Notes: generated by a model from the sequence alone, not told the origin. 64,000 nt of DNA from Candidatus Fervidifonticultor sextus (GCA_031459875.1 JAVKHQ010000010.1:1-64000); one strand, 5' to 3'. Counted from the stretch's first letter, positions 28,027-37,803 are shown. Made by a program: numbers and translations.

Positions 28027-29013
28027 ATGACAGGTCGCCGCACTGCCCTGCTGGTGGTGGTGGTGCTGGCCGCCGGGATGCTCGCCCGGCCCGCCGCGCT
28101 GTCCGCCCAGGCCCCGCTGAAGATCGGGTACCCCGTCTGGGTCGGCTACGGGCCCCTGTTCCTCGCCGAGAAGAAGGGCTTCCTCAAGGAACTGGGGACT
28201 GGGGTGGAGTTCGTCCTGATGGAGGACACCAAGCCCCGGTACGTGGCCCTGGCCGCCAAGCGCATCGACGGGCTGATGACCACCATCGACACGGTCGTGC
28301 AGCGCGTGAAGCCCGACCTCCAGATGGCCGCCATCCTGGCCATGGACGACTCGAAGGGCGGGGACGGCATCGTCGCCCGCAAGGAGATCCAGTCCGTCCG
28401 GGACCTCAGGGGGAAGAAGGTGGCGTTCAGCGAGGGCTCCGTGAGCCACTTCTTCCTGGCCTTCCTGCTGCAGCAGCACGGGATGTCGCTGCGCGACATC
28501 ACCCCGGTCAACATGACCGCCGGCGACGCGGGCGCCGCGTTCGTGGCCGGCAAGGTCGACGCGGCCGTCACCTGGGAACCCTGGCTGACCAGGGGCAAGC
28601 AGGCACCGCACGGCAAGGTGCTGGTGGACTCCTCGGCCACGCCCAACCTGATCGTGGACGTCCTGGTCTTCCGCAAGGACGTCATCAAGGCCCGGCCCAA
28701 GGACATGGAGAACCTCGTGCGGGCCTGGGTCCGGGCCGTAGACTTCTGGAAGGCCAACCCCGACGAGGCCAACAAGATCATGGCCGAAGCCGTGGGCGGC
28801 TGGCTGAAGGACCCTAAGGTGTTCGCCGAGACCCTCACCGGCATCCGCTACTATGACGCGGCGGCGTTGAAGGAGTTCTTCGGCACGAAGGCCGCGCCGG
28901 GTGCGGGCTACAAGACCGCGCAGTTCGCCATCGACCTGTGGACGCGGCTCGGCAAGGCCGGCATGAAGGGCATCAAGGCGGCGGACATCCTGGACGGGTC
29001 ATTCGTGAAGTGA
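28027..29013 (+). CDS. NitT/TauT/SsuA-family ABC substrate-binding protein
   Basis: signal peptide, WVGYGPLFLA.KKGF, DDSKGGDGIV, AAVTWEPWL. Confidence 0.9.
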   Translation: MTGRRTALLVVVVLAAGMLARPAALSAQAPLKIGYPVWVGYGPLFLAEKKGFLKELGTGVEFVLMEDTKPRYVALAAKRIDGLMTTIDTVVQRVKPDLQMAAILAMDDSKGGDGIVARKEIQSVRDLRGKKVAFSEGSVSHFFLAFLLQQHGMSLRDITPVNMTAGDAGAAFVAGKVDAAVTWEPWLTRGKQAPHGKVLVDSSATPNLIVDVLVFRKDVIKARPKDMENLVRAWVRAVDFWKANPDEANKIMAEAVGGWLKDPKVFAETLTGIRYYDAAALKEFFGTKAAPGAGYKTAQFAIDLWTRLGKAGMKGIKAADILDGSFVK

Positions 29014-29831
29014 GGCCGGGCCGCAAGGGCCTGATCCAGCGTCTCAGCGAGATCCTGCGGCCGCACGAGCCGATCTCCCGCGCTGCGTACCTGGCGGGGG
29101 TCGCCGCGTCGGCCGCAGGTCTGTTGGCGGTCTGGGCGGGGCTCACCTACGGAGGCTTCGTCGCCCCCCTGTTCCTCCCGTCGCCATCGGACATCATCGG
29201 GGCGGCGGCCGAACTGCTCGCCGACGGCAGCCTGCTGGTGCACACGCAAGCCAGCGTGACGGTCATCGTCACGGGCTGGGCCCTGGCTGTGGCGCTGGCG
29301 GTGCCGCTGGGCATCCTGATGGGGACCCTCAAGTTCGTCGAGGCCCTGCTGGAGCCGGTGGTGGACTTCGTACGCTACCTGCCGGTCTCCGCCATGATCC
29401 CGCTGCTGATCCTCTATATCGGGATCGGCACCGCCGAGAAGGTGGCGGTGATTTTCATCGGCACGTTCTTCCAGTTGATCCTGCTGGTCGCGGATGTCTC
29501 GGCCAACGTCCCCAAGGACCTGCTGGATTCCGCCTACACGCTGGGCGCCAGGCGCGGCGACGTGTTCCGACGCGTCCTGCTGCCTGCGACCCTGCCCGGC
29601 GTGATGGACAACCTCCGCATCACCATGGGCTGGGCGTGGACCTACCTGATCGTCGCGGAACTCGTGGCCGCCGACCGCGGGCTGGGCTACATGATCCTGG
29701 ACGCCGGCCGGGGTCTGTTCACCGACCGCATCTTCGTCGGGCTGTTCACCATCGGGCTGCTGGGGTTTGCATTTGACTTCACGTTCAAATGGCTCCACCG
29801 GCTCCTGCTGCCGTGGTCGCCGAGGATCTGA
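29010..29831 (+). CDS. NitT/TauT-family ABC permease
   Basis: FLPSPSD, RYLPVSAM.PL, AYTLGA, GWAWTYLIVAEL. Confidence 0.92.
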   Translation: MRPGRKGLIQRLSEILRPHEPISRAAYLAGVAASAAGLLAVWAGLTYGGFVAPLFLPSPSDIIGAAAELLADGSLLVHTQASVTVIVTGWALAVALAVPLGILMGTLKFVEALLEPVVDFVRYLPVSAMIPLLILYIGIGTAEKVAVIFIGTFFQLILLVADVSANVPKDLLDSAYTLGARRGDVFRRVLLPATLPGVMDNLRITMGWAWTYLIVAELVAADRGLGYMILDAGRGLFTDRIFVGLFTIGLLGFAFDFTFKWLHRLLLPWSPRI

Positions 29832-30635
29832 GTGGTGACCCTCGTCATTCGCGACCTGAGCGTGGTCTTCACCCGGCGGCGGGGCGGGACGGTGACCGCC
29901 GTGGAGCACCTGACCCTGGAGGTGCGGGAGCAGGAGTTCGTCTCCATCGTCGGGCCGTCGGGCTGCGGGAAGTCCACGCTGTTGCGCATCGTCGCCGGCC
30001 TCATCCGACCCACCTCCGGCGAGGTCACCCTAAACGGCCACCCCGTCGAAGGACCCGGCGCCGACCGCGGCATGGTCTTCCAGTCCTACACCCTCTTCCC
30101 GTGGCTGACGGTGCAGGGCAACGTGGAGTTCGGGCTGCGGCTGCGCGGCCGGCCGGCCCAGGAGCGCCGGGAGGTCGTCCGCCGCTACCTGGACCTGGTC
30201 GGGCTGCAGGGCACCGAGCCTGCCTATCCCAAGGAACTATCAGGTGGCATGCAGCAGCGCGTGGCCATTGCCCGGGCGCTGGCCAACGATCCTGCGATCC
30301 TGCTCATGGACGAGCCGTTCGGCGCCCTCGATGCGCAGACCCGCGCGGTCATGCAGGAACTGCTCCTGCGGGTCTGGGAGCAGACCCACAAGACGGTGCT
30401 GTTCGTCACCCACGACATCGACGAGGCGATCCTGCTCTCCGACCGCGTCTACGTCATGACCGCGCGGCCCGGGCGGATCAAGGCCGAAGTGGCCGTGATC
30501 CTCCCGCGGCCCCGGGAGGTCGGTGTGATGGACACGCCAGCGTTCATTGCCCTGCGCCGGCAGATCCACGGGCTGATCCGGGATGAGATCCTGCGGGTGG
30601 TGGGCCAGGAGCGCCCGCGGTCGGGACGGGGTTGA
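29832..30635 (+). CDS. NitT/TauT-family ABC ATP-binding protein
   Basis: GPSGCGKST, LSGGMQQR, LLMDEPFGALD. Confidence 0.94.
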   Translation: MVTLVIRDLSVVFTRRRGGTVTAVEHLTLEVREQEFVSIVGPSGCGKSTLLRIVAGLIRPTSGEVTLNGHPVEGPGADRGMVFQSYTLFPWLTVQGNVEFGLRLRGRPAQERREVVRRYLDLVGLQGTEPAYPKELSGGMQQRVAIARALANDPAILLMDEPFGALDAQTRAVMQELLLRVWEQTHKTVLFVTHDIDEAILLSDRVYVMTARPGRIKAEVAVILPRPREVGVMDTPAFIALRRQIHGLIRDEILRVVGQERPRSGRG

Positions 30636-30682
30636 CACGTCCACATAGAGACTTAATCTTAATAGAGAATGAGTCTTCATAA
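30632..30682 (+). promoter_or_regulatory. promoter and Fur/PerR-like AT-rich operator overlapping the regulator start
   Basis: TTGACA-N16-TAATCT followed by AATAGAGAATGAGTCTTCAT imperfect inverted repeat. Confidence 0.55.
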
Positions 30683-31169
30683 GATAGATCTGGAATTCCT
30701 GCGGCGGGCCCTTCGAGCCACCCGGCACCGGATGACCGCGCAGCGGGTGGCCGTCTTCGAGGCCCTCCAGATGTCCCGCGACCACCCCTCGGCCGAGGCG
30801 CTCCTCCGGCGGGTCCGGCGGCGGTACCCCACCCTCAGCCGCGCCTCCGTCTACAACGCGTTGAACCTGTTCACATCCCTCGGCCTGGTGGCCGCGCTCG
30901 ACGGACCCGACGGCTTGGCCCGCTACGACCCGGGCACGTTGCCGCACGCCAACGTGGTCTGCGTGCGGTGCGGGGCGATTGACGACGTCACCGATCCAGG
31001 CATCCCGGCGCTGCTCCGGCGTGCGGCCGGGCGATCCGGATTCGTGCTGGAGCCGTATCTGACCGTGCGGGGCCTCTGCCCCGCATGCGCACGAACACCT
31101 CACGGGAAGGACAGGAGGAGGATCCATGGGACAGCAAGGACGCGCTATCGTCGAACTGAACGTCGATGA
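30669..31169 (+). CDS. Fur-family regulator (PerR-like)
   Basis: RMTAQR, HPSAE, SRASVYNALNLF, CVRC and CPAC zinc motifs. Confidence 0.92.
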   Translation: MSLHKIDLEFLRRALRATRHRMTAQRVAVFEALQMSRDHPSAEALLRRVRRRYPTLSRASVYNALNLFTSLGLVAALDGPDGLARYDPGTLPHANVVCVRCGAIDDVTDPGIPALLRRAAGRSGFVLEPYLTVRGLCPACARTPHGKDRRRIHGTARTRYRRTERR

Positions 31170-31614
31170 ACTCATCGGCGAACTCAAGAAGGCCTACCTG
31201 GACGAGTTGCTGGCGTTCTACTCGTACTGGATCACCGCGCAGGTCGCCGAGGGGTTCCACGGCGAGGAGTTGACCGAGCACTTCACCGAGGAGGCGACGG
31301 CGGAACTGGGGCATGCCAGGGCCCTGGCCCGACGCATCATCGAGTTGGGCGGTGACCCCGTCGTGCACCCCAGAGACTGGGAGGCGGGGGCCAACGCGCC
31401 GTGGACGGCTCCGCGGTCCGAATGGAGTGACGCCGACGGCATGGTGGAGGATCAGATCAAGGCCGAACGGGGCGCCATCGCGGCCTACAACCGGCTCTGC
31501 AAGATGACGTTTGGGAAGGACCCGGTGACCTACGCGCTGGCCTCGGAGCTGCTGAAAGACGAGGTCGGGCACGAGGAGTTCCTGGAGAACCTCCTGGCGC
31601 GCACACACCGGTAA
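31126..31614 (+). CDS. DPS-like (DPSL) ferritin-family protein
   Basis: MGQQGRAIV, AYLDELLAFYSYW, ELGHA...RIIELGG, AERGAI, KDPVT, DEVGHEE. Confidence 0.88.
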   Translation: MGQQGRAIVELNVDELIGELKKAYLDELLAFYSYWITAQVAEGFHGEELTEHFTEEATAELGHARALARRIIELGGDPVVHPRDWEAGANAPWTAPRSEWSDADGMVEDQIKAERGAIAAYNRLCKMTFGKDPVTYALASELLKDEVGHEEFLENLLARTHR

Positions 31615-31866
31615 GTGAGGGCACGGTGCCGCGTGTCGTCGGAGTGGGGCTGCTGGTCCTGGCGATCGCCGGCGGCCCCACCTCCCCCGCGCCGGCCGCA
31701 GCCATCCCCCCGGCCATGATGCAGACCAACAACTTCCCGGACTACCTGCGGGAATGGCAGCCGGCGGAGATCCCGGGAGGGCTGCCGTCTGCCGGCGGGT
31801 GGCACCGGATGAAGCCGGCGAGTAAGGTCGCAGGGCTCCCCGCGCAGCCTCCGAACCGCCCGGTGG

Positions 31867-33177
31867 TCAGGTCCCCAGCCCCATCACCACCTCCGAGAAG
31901 ATGCCCAGGCCCTCCTCCAGCTCCTCACGGCTGACGGTGAGCGGCGGAATGAACCGGATCACGTGCGCCGCCCATCCCGCCGGATAGAGGATCAGCCCGC
32001 GGTCCAAGCAGCCTTCCAGCACCCTGCGCGCGATCACGCCCGCCGGCGCATGGCCCTGCGCCGGGTCGGCGAACTCCACCCCGATCATCAGCCCCCTGCC
32101 CCGGACCTCGCCGATGTAGGGCGACTGCTGCGCCAGGACCTGCAGCCGGGCCATCGCCTCCTGGCTGCGGAGGCGGGCGTTGTCCAGCACGCGCTCCTCC
32201 CGGAAGACCTCCAGGGTCGCCAGAGCCGCCGCGCAGGCCACCGGGTTCCCGCCGAAGGTCGTGCCATGCGACCCCGCCGTCCACCGCCGCATCAGGTCCG
32301 GTCCGGCGGCGACGGCGCTCAACGGGAAACCCGACGCGATGGCTTTGGAAAGGACCAGGACATCAGGGACCACGCCGAAGGTCTGGGCGGCGAACATCTC
32401 ACCCGTGCGCCCGAACCCGGTCTGGATCTCGTCGAAGATCAACAGGATGCCATATCGGGTGCAGATCTCCCGCAGGCGCGGCAGAAAGTCGGGCGGGGGC
32501 ACCACATAGCCGCCCTCGCCGAGGATCGGCTCGACGATCATGGCCGCGACATCCTCGGGGTAGACCACGTGCCGGAAGAGGCGCTCCAGGCTCACGAAGG
32601 GATCGCCGCAGCAGCCCGGCCCGGTGCGGTGAGGGCAGCGGAAGCAATACGGGAACGGGACGTGGTAGACCGAGGGCAGCAGCGGTTCGTAGTGCCGCCG
32701 GTACTTCGCGTTGGACGTGGTCACCGACGCCGACCCCAGCGACCGGCCGTGGAAACCGCCGATGAAATCCACGATGGCCGGCCGCCGCGTCACGTACCGG
32801 GCGAGCTTGATGGCCCCCTCCACCGCCTCGGTACCGCCGTTGCCCCAGAAGAACATGGTGAGGTCGCCCGGCGTGATCCGGCCCAGTTCCTCGCAGAGCC
32901 GCAGCAGGGGGTCGTAGGCGATCATGCCGATCGGCCCGTGGATGAGCCGGTCGATCTGGGCCCGCGCGGCCTCCACGACCCGGGGGTGCCGGTGGCCGAG
33001 GTTGCAGGCCGCCATGCCCGAGACGAAGTCGAGATACCGCCGGCCGTCCAGGCCGTAGAGCCAGGTGCCCTCGCCCCGCACGACCGGCAGGTTGGGCCAG
33101 TCCTCCGCCAGGCTGGGCGCGAGCAGATAGCCCAGCCGGCCGACGCGTTGCGCGAAGCCTGCGAAATCCGTATGCAT
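31867..33177 (-). CDS. class III aminotransferase (4-aminobutyrate aminotransferase-like)
   Basis: YLDFVSG, GTEAVEGAIKLAR, FHGRS, EPILGEGG, DEIQTGFGRTG, SKAIASG, HGTTFGGNP. Confidence 0.93.
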   Translation of the reverse strand: MHTDFAGFAQRVGRLGYLLAPSLAEDWPNLPVVRGEGTWLYGLDGRRYLDFVSGMAACNLGHRHPRVVEAARAQIDRLIHGPIGMIAYDPLLRLCEELGRITPGDLTMFFWGNGGTEAVEGAIKLARYVTRRPAIVDFIGGFHGRSLGSASVTTSNAKYRRHYEPLLPSVYHVPFPYCFRCPHRTGPGCCGDPFVSLERLFRHVVYPEDVAAMIVEPILGEGGYVVPPPDFLPRLREICTRYGILLIFDEIQTGFGRTGEMFAAQTFGVVPDVLVLSKAIASGFPLSAVAAGPDLMRRWTAGSHGTTFGGNPVACAAALATLEVFREERVLDNARLRSQEAMARLQVLAQQSPYIGEVRGRGLMIGVEFADPAQGHAPAGVIARRVLEGCLDRGLILYPAGWAAHVIRFIPPLTVSREELEEGLGIFSEVVMGLGT

Positions 33178-33256
33178 GCCCCGTCCTCATCAGCGGTTTC
33201 GACCGGAAAGGGACTTCGACGTGAGGGGTGAGAGGTCCACCTCGGAGCAGGTGCCA

Positions 33257-34047
33257 TCAGAGGCCGACGCGGACCCCGAGCGCCGTCAGGATCACCATGA
33301 GCAGCCCAAAGGCCACCTGGGTCCAGCCCACCACCCGGGCCGGCACCGGTGGCAGGGCGAACGTGTACGCTGAGAAGACCACAAGGAGCCCCATCCCCGC
33401 CACACTCATCCAGGGGCTCAGTCCCGCAAGAGCCGCCACTGCGAGCACCCCCGTCGCCGCCACCTCGGCTGCGTACGCCGGGGCCGGATTCACCGGCACT
33501 CCCCGGGCCCGCATCACCTGGGCGCGCGCGTAAGAGAGGGCTCCCAGGGCCCTCATGGCGAGCACCAGCCAGAGCCCGGCGGCCGTCGTCCACGGCAGCC
33601 CGCCGGCCAGGGCGATCGCGGCGACGACGCTGCTCATCGCCGTCGCCCCGGAGAACTCCGGCACCAGGTTGCGGCCCCTGCCGCGGGCGTCGTAGGAGAA
33701 CTGCAGCAGGGCCAGGGGAACGGCCAGCACCAGAGGCCACACGAAGGGCCCTTGGGCCTGCGCGGCCGCCAGGACAAAGCCCAGCACGCCCACGCATCCG
33801 TATCCCAGTGCGACGAGCAGGGCCAGCGCTGTCCGGCGGTAACGCTTGCCCTTCCGCACGTCGGAGTGCCACAGCCTGAGAGGATGACGGACGAGGAAGG
33901 CCGCCAGAGCCGACACGCCCAGGCCCAGCCCGGCCCACCCAGGCGCCGCCAGGAGTCCCAGGGCGACAGGTTCCAGCGTCAAGCCCCATCCTCCGTGCTC
34001 GCTGGGGAGGGCGACGGCCTTCAGCGAACCCCTGACGGCGGGTTCAC
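33257..34047 (-). CDS. YwiC-like membrane protein (start region apparently frameshifted)
   Basis: VALPSEHGGWG signature and about 8 TMs; no in-frame ATG/GTG/TTG just before the signature, out-of-frame GTG at 34047. Confidence 0.75.
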
Positions 34048-34080
34048 CGGATGCCGCGTGCGGGAAGGCTGTGGGGCGCT

Positions 34081-34449
34081 TCAGGATTGATTGCCGTGTC
34101 CGCGTCCCGGCTTCCCGGCTGACGGAAAGGCGATCATGCCGGTCTGGCGCTTCTGGGCCGGCTGCTTGGACTGCGGGACCCGCGGGTGGTGCTGGATGTT
34201 CACATCGAGTTTCTTGCCGCAGGTGCACAACAGGGCCAGGGTCTGCGAGGCGTCCACCCACACATGCCCCTGCGCCTCCGCGCGAGCCCGTGCGGCGTCG
34301 ATAGCGCCGCTGGCCCGATCGGCTTCGTCTTCGGCGGCGCCCATCTCCCGGGTGCCGCTGCCGGAGAGTTCGTACATGAGCGCCTTGGGGTAGTAGACGG
34401 TGTAGCGCTTCCTGCAGCCGCCGCAGGGGAAGGTGAAGACCAGGGCCAT
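34081..34449 (-). CDS. hypothetical protein with CxxC...CxC motifs
   Basis: FPCGGC and LLCTCG; TACAAT -10 just upstream; typical codon bias. Confidence 0.75.
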   Translation of the reverse strand: MALVFTFPCGGCRKRYTVYYPKALMYELSGSGTREMGAAEDEADRASGAIDAARARAEAQGHVWVDASQTLALLCTCGKKLDVNIQHHPRVPQSKQPAQKRQTGMIAFPSAGKPGRGHGNQS

Positions 34450-34594
34450 GGTGGCCACCATTGTAGTCGGCGGAACGCAGGCGAGTCAAACGCGCGGCTG
34501 GGGGGTACAACAGTCTTGCGGGCGCCCTGGTGAACCGATCTCGCATTTGTGCTACCCTTAGATCAACCGGCGCGGCAAACAGGGGGCGAATCAG

Positions 34595-35134
34595 ATGTCT
34601 GGACGGGCAGCGGTGCTCCTGACGGCATTCGTGGCGATCGCAGTCGGCGGCGTGGCCTACTCCGTGGGATTTGCGGCGGGCCGCGCGGCGCCGGCGACGA
34701 CCGCCGAAGGATCCCGGCCCCCGCTCGTGCAGCCGGCCCAGGTCCAGGATCCCTTCCAGCCGCCGTTCCAGCGGCCGGAGCCCTTCCCGGGACCACAGCC
34801 CTTCCCGGGACCGCAGCCGTTCCCTGGCCCCCAACCCTTCCAGGGACCCGGCTCACCGCCTCCCCTGCGTGAGTTCATCCCGTTGCCGGGGCCCGGCGAT
34901 CAGCAGCCCGGCATGCGCCCCGGGCAGCAGGAGGAATGCGAACCGATCATTCTCTTCTACCACAACGGGCAGTTCTACCAGTTGCGGCCCGGCCCCCAGA
35001 ACGGCCCGGGCCAGCCCGGGACGCCGCCGGAGTTCTACTACTTGAATCCGTACCAGGGCCCGCCGATCCCTGGCCTGCCGTTCCCGCGGCAGGACCGCGG
35101 TCCGGGGTTCTCGCCGGTCAACCCGCGTTCGTAG
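34595..35134 (+). CDS. proline-rich membrane-anchored hypothetical protein
   Basis: N-terminal TM, (Q/E)PFxGP repeats, unique C-terminal region CEPIILFYHNGQFYQL. Confidence 0.8.
   Translation: MSGRAAVLLTAFVAIAVGGVAYSVGFAAGRAAPATTAEGSRPPLVQPAQVQDPFQPPFQRPEPFPGPQPFPGPQPFPGPQPFQGPGSPPPLREFIPLPGPGDQQPGMRPGQQEECEPIILFYHNGQFYQLRPGPQNGPGQPGTPPEFYYLNPYQGPPIPGLPFPRQDRGPGFSPVNPRS
34778..34849 (+). repeat. 18-bp coding tandem repeat x4 (EPFPGP/QPFPGP/QPFPGP/QPFQGP)
   Basis: GAGCCCTTCCCGGGACCA CAGCCCTTCCCGGGACCG CAGCCGTTCCCTGGCCCC CAACCCTTCCAGGGACCC. Confidence 0.85.
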
Positions 35135-35160
35135 CCGCCCGGAAGGACCGCCGGCGGACG

Positions 35161-36333
35161 GTGCCACCACACGCTACCGTCCTGCCGCTCCTGGCCATCC
35201 TCGTCGGCTTCGAGATGGGCGTGTCGCTCTTCGGGCCGCTGCTCCCACAAGTCCAGCGGGAGTTTGGGGTCTCGGCAGGGACCGTGGCCCTGGCACTGTC
35301 GGTCTACCATGGGAGTCGGCTGGTGGTGAACCTCCCGATGGCTCGGTTCGTGGCGCGCTCGGTCCTGCCGGTCACGCTGGGCGGCGGCGGTGTGCTGTTC
35401 GCGGCGGGAGCCGTCCTCGTGGCGGCGGCGTGGGTCTTCCCGGCGGTTCTGGTGGGCCGGGCCCTCATGGGGATCGGCGCGGCGGCGTTCTTTGTCACGA
35501 CCCAGTTGTGGATCTCAAAGGTCGCCACGCCCCAGAACAAAGCCCAGCTGTTCAGCTATAACCAAGTGGCCGCCCTCACGGGCGGGGCCCTGGGGCCGGC
35601 CATCGGCGGCGCGGTGGCCGGATGGTTGTCCTGGCGCTGGTCGCTCGTGCTCGCCGCGGTGTTCGGGATGGTGGCGCTGGTCGCCGGGCGCCGGCTGTCC
35701 GATCCGAATTCGGGCCGGGCGGATGGCGCAGCCGTGGCACTGCCGGATCCGGACGCGAACCGCCGGCTGGGCCTCATCCTCGGCCCGGGACTGGTGATGA
35801 TGGCGCTGATGTTCTTCTACGGCGGCGTGACGATGACGCTGGTCCCCCTCTTCGCCGCCCGCCAGCTCCACCTGGGTCCCGCCGCCATCGGCGGCGTGCT
35901 GATGCTGGGGACCCTGTGGCGGTTCGGTGCTGCGCTGGTCGGCGGGCGCCTGGCTGCGTGGTTCGGGATCCAGCGCGTCGTCGTCCCGGGCCTGGCCGTC
36001 CTCGCCGCCTCGGTGTTGAGCTTCCTGCTGGTGGGGTCACCGCTCGGGCTGGTCGTGGCGGTCTCGCTGGTCTCGTGGGCCAACCTGGGCGGCAGCCTCG
36101 TCGTCGCGCTGGTCACCGATCTGGTGCCCGAACCCCATTGGGGGACCGCGTTGGGGGTCAACCGCACCATGGCCGACCTGGGAGCGATGACCGCGCCGAT
36201 CCTCGTGGGGATCGTGATCGATCGCTACGGGTTCGACGCCGCCATCGTCACGGTGGCGGCGCTGCTGTTCGCCGCCGCCGCAGCCGCGGCCGCGCTCATC
36301 CGGTCGAGCCGTCACGATGCCCTGGCCGCCTGA
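35161..36333 (+). CDS. MFS transporter
   Basis: about 12 hydrophobic segments, GRALMGIG, GPAIGGAVAG.LSWRW. Confidence 0.88.
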   Translation: MPPHATVLPLLAILVGFEMGVSLFGPLLPQVQREFGVSAGTVALALSVYHGSRLVVNLPMARFVARSVLPVTLGGGGVLFAAGAVLVAAAWVFPAVLVGRALMGIGAAAFFVTTQLWISKVATPQNKAQLFSYNQVAALTGGALGPAIGGAVAGWLSWRWSLVLAAVFGMVALVAGRRLSDPNSGRADGAAVALPDPDANRRLGLILGPGLVMMALMFFYGGVTMTLVPLFAARQLHLGPAAIGGVLMLGTLWRFGAALVGGRLAAWFGIQRVVVPGLAVLAASVLSFLLVGSPLGLVVAVSLVSWANLGGSLVVALVTDLVPEPHWGTALGVNRTMADLGAMTAPILVGIVIDRYGFDAAIVTVAALLFAAAAAAAALIRSSRHDALAA

Positions 36334-36522
36334 CGCGGGGTCTTTGCCGGGAGGCATCTCTACCTGGCAGGTGGAACCCACCGACCTGACCGAGTTGAGC
36401 ATCGTCAACTTCCGCATCGTCCACACGGTCATCGTCGCCCTGGACCGCCAGGACGTGCGCTGGCGCTGGAACATGACGGCCTCGGCGGCGATCGAGCCGC
36501 AGCAGCCGCAGGTGTTGCCTGA

Positions 36523-37803
36523 CTACCAGAGACGGGCAAAGGTGCCGCCCGCCATGGGCACGCCGAGGCGCTCCAGCCCGGGGTCGGGCAGGCCGGGCAG
36601 GCGGCTGCGGAACACCACCCCGCCCTTCATCACCACCCGGACCTCCCGGAGGTCACGGATCTGCCGGTCCGGCTGCCCGGCGACTGCGATGAGATCCGCC
36701 TGCTTGCCGGCCTCCAGGGTCCCCGTCTCGGCGTCCACCCCGCACAGGCGCGCGGAGTTGAAGGTGGCGGCCCGGATGGCCTCCAGCGGCGTCAGGCCGC
36801 ACTCGGTCAGCAGCTCCACCTCCCGGATCGTGGCCACCGTGCCGTCCACCGGGTCGCTGGGGAGCAGGTCGGTCCCGCAGCACAGCGTCACCCCGCGGGC
36901 CGCCGCGCGCCGGATCGAGGCCAGGTGTTCGCCGGCCGCCGCCCGGGCCTTGGCCAGCATCCACTCCTGCACCCCGTGGCGGCGCAGGTAGTCGAGTTCC
37001 TGGGTCACGCACAGGGTCGGCACGAGGAAGGTCCCCGCCCCGGCCATGGCCGCGGCCGTGTCGTCCTCGAACGAGTACCCGTGCTCGATGCAGTCCACGC
37101 CCAGCCGCACGGCATCTCGGATGGCCGCGTCGCCGCCGGTGTGGGCGGCCACGCGCCGGCCGGCCGCGTGGGCGACCTCGACGACCGCCCGGACCTCGTC
37201 GTCGGTCATCTGCTTGTCCTGCGGCTGCTCGCGGGGCGTCCCGATGCCCCCGGTCAGGCAGATCTTGATCAGGTCGGCCCCGGCGCGGAGTTGTTCGCGC
37301 GCGGCGCGGCGGAAGCCATCGGGCCCGTCCGCTTCCACGGTCCCCACGGAGTTGTGCCCGTGGCCGCCGGTGGCGATCAACGCGTGCCCGGCCGCCTTGA
37401 TGCGCGGCCCCGGGAGGAGGCCCCGGGCGATGGCCTCCCGGACGTCCAGGTCGGTGAAATAGGGCTCGCCCACGACGCGCAGGCTCGTGGTGCCGTTGAG
37501 AACGGCCTCCAGGGCGCGCCGGTAGTTGAGCATGACGCGGTAGCCCGGCGGAAAGGGATCGGCGCGCCGCTCGGGGAACGGCAGGCGGAGCCCCAGGTGC
37601 ACGTGCACGTTGAACAGCCCCGGCAGGACCGTCATCGCCTCCAGATCAACCGTCAGGTCGCCCGGCCGCGCCACCGGGGCCCCCGGATCGGTCCGGGCCC
37701 CGCACCAGACGATCCGCTCGCCCTCGATGGCCAGCGCGGCGTCGTCTACCGCCGCGCGGCCCGTCCCGTCCACCAGGCGGCAGTTGACGAGGACTGTCCG
37801 CAT
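36523..37803 (-). CDS. amidohydrolase family protein (Xaa-Pro dipeptidase-like)
   Basis: LPGLFNVHVHL, TGGHG, GADLIKI, VAAHT, IEHG, GTD, GTLEAGKQADL. Confidence 0.92.
   Translation of the reverse strand: MRTVLVNCRLVDGTGRAAVDDAALAIEGERIVWCGARTDPGAPVARPGDLTVDLEAMTVLPGLFNVHVHLGLRLPFPERRADPFPPGYRVMLNYRRALEAVLNGTTSLRVVGEPYFTDLDVREAIARGLLPGPRIKAAGHALIATGGHGHNSVGTVEADGPDGFRRAAREQLRAGADLIKICLTGGIGTPREQPQDKQMTDDEVRAVVEVAHAAGRRVAAHTGGDAAIRDAVRLGVDCIEHGYSFEDDTAAAMAGAGTFLVPTLCVTQELDYLRRHGVQEWMLAKARAAAGEHLASIRRAAARGVTLCCGTDLLPSDPVDGTVATIREVELLTECGLTPLEAIRAATFNSARLCGVDAETGTLEAGKQADLIAVAGQPDRQIRDLREVRVVMKGGVVFRSRLPGLPDPGLERLGVPMAGGTFARLW

Noticed and set aside
27960..28030. Possible guanidine or other riboswitch before the SsuA/TauA-like ABC operon
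   Set aside because: Only 35 bp separate it from the glycosyltransferase stop, and no aptamer consensus is visible.
34778..34849. 18-bp direct repeats as a mini-CRISPR
   Set aside because: The repeats are contiguous with no spacers, in frame, and vary mainly at synonymous positions of a proline-rich protein.
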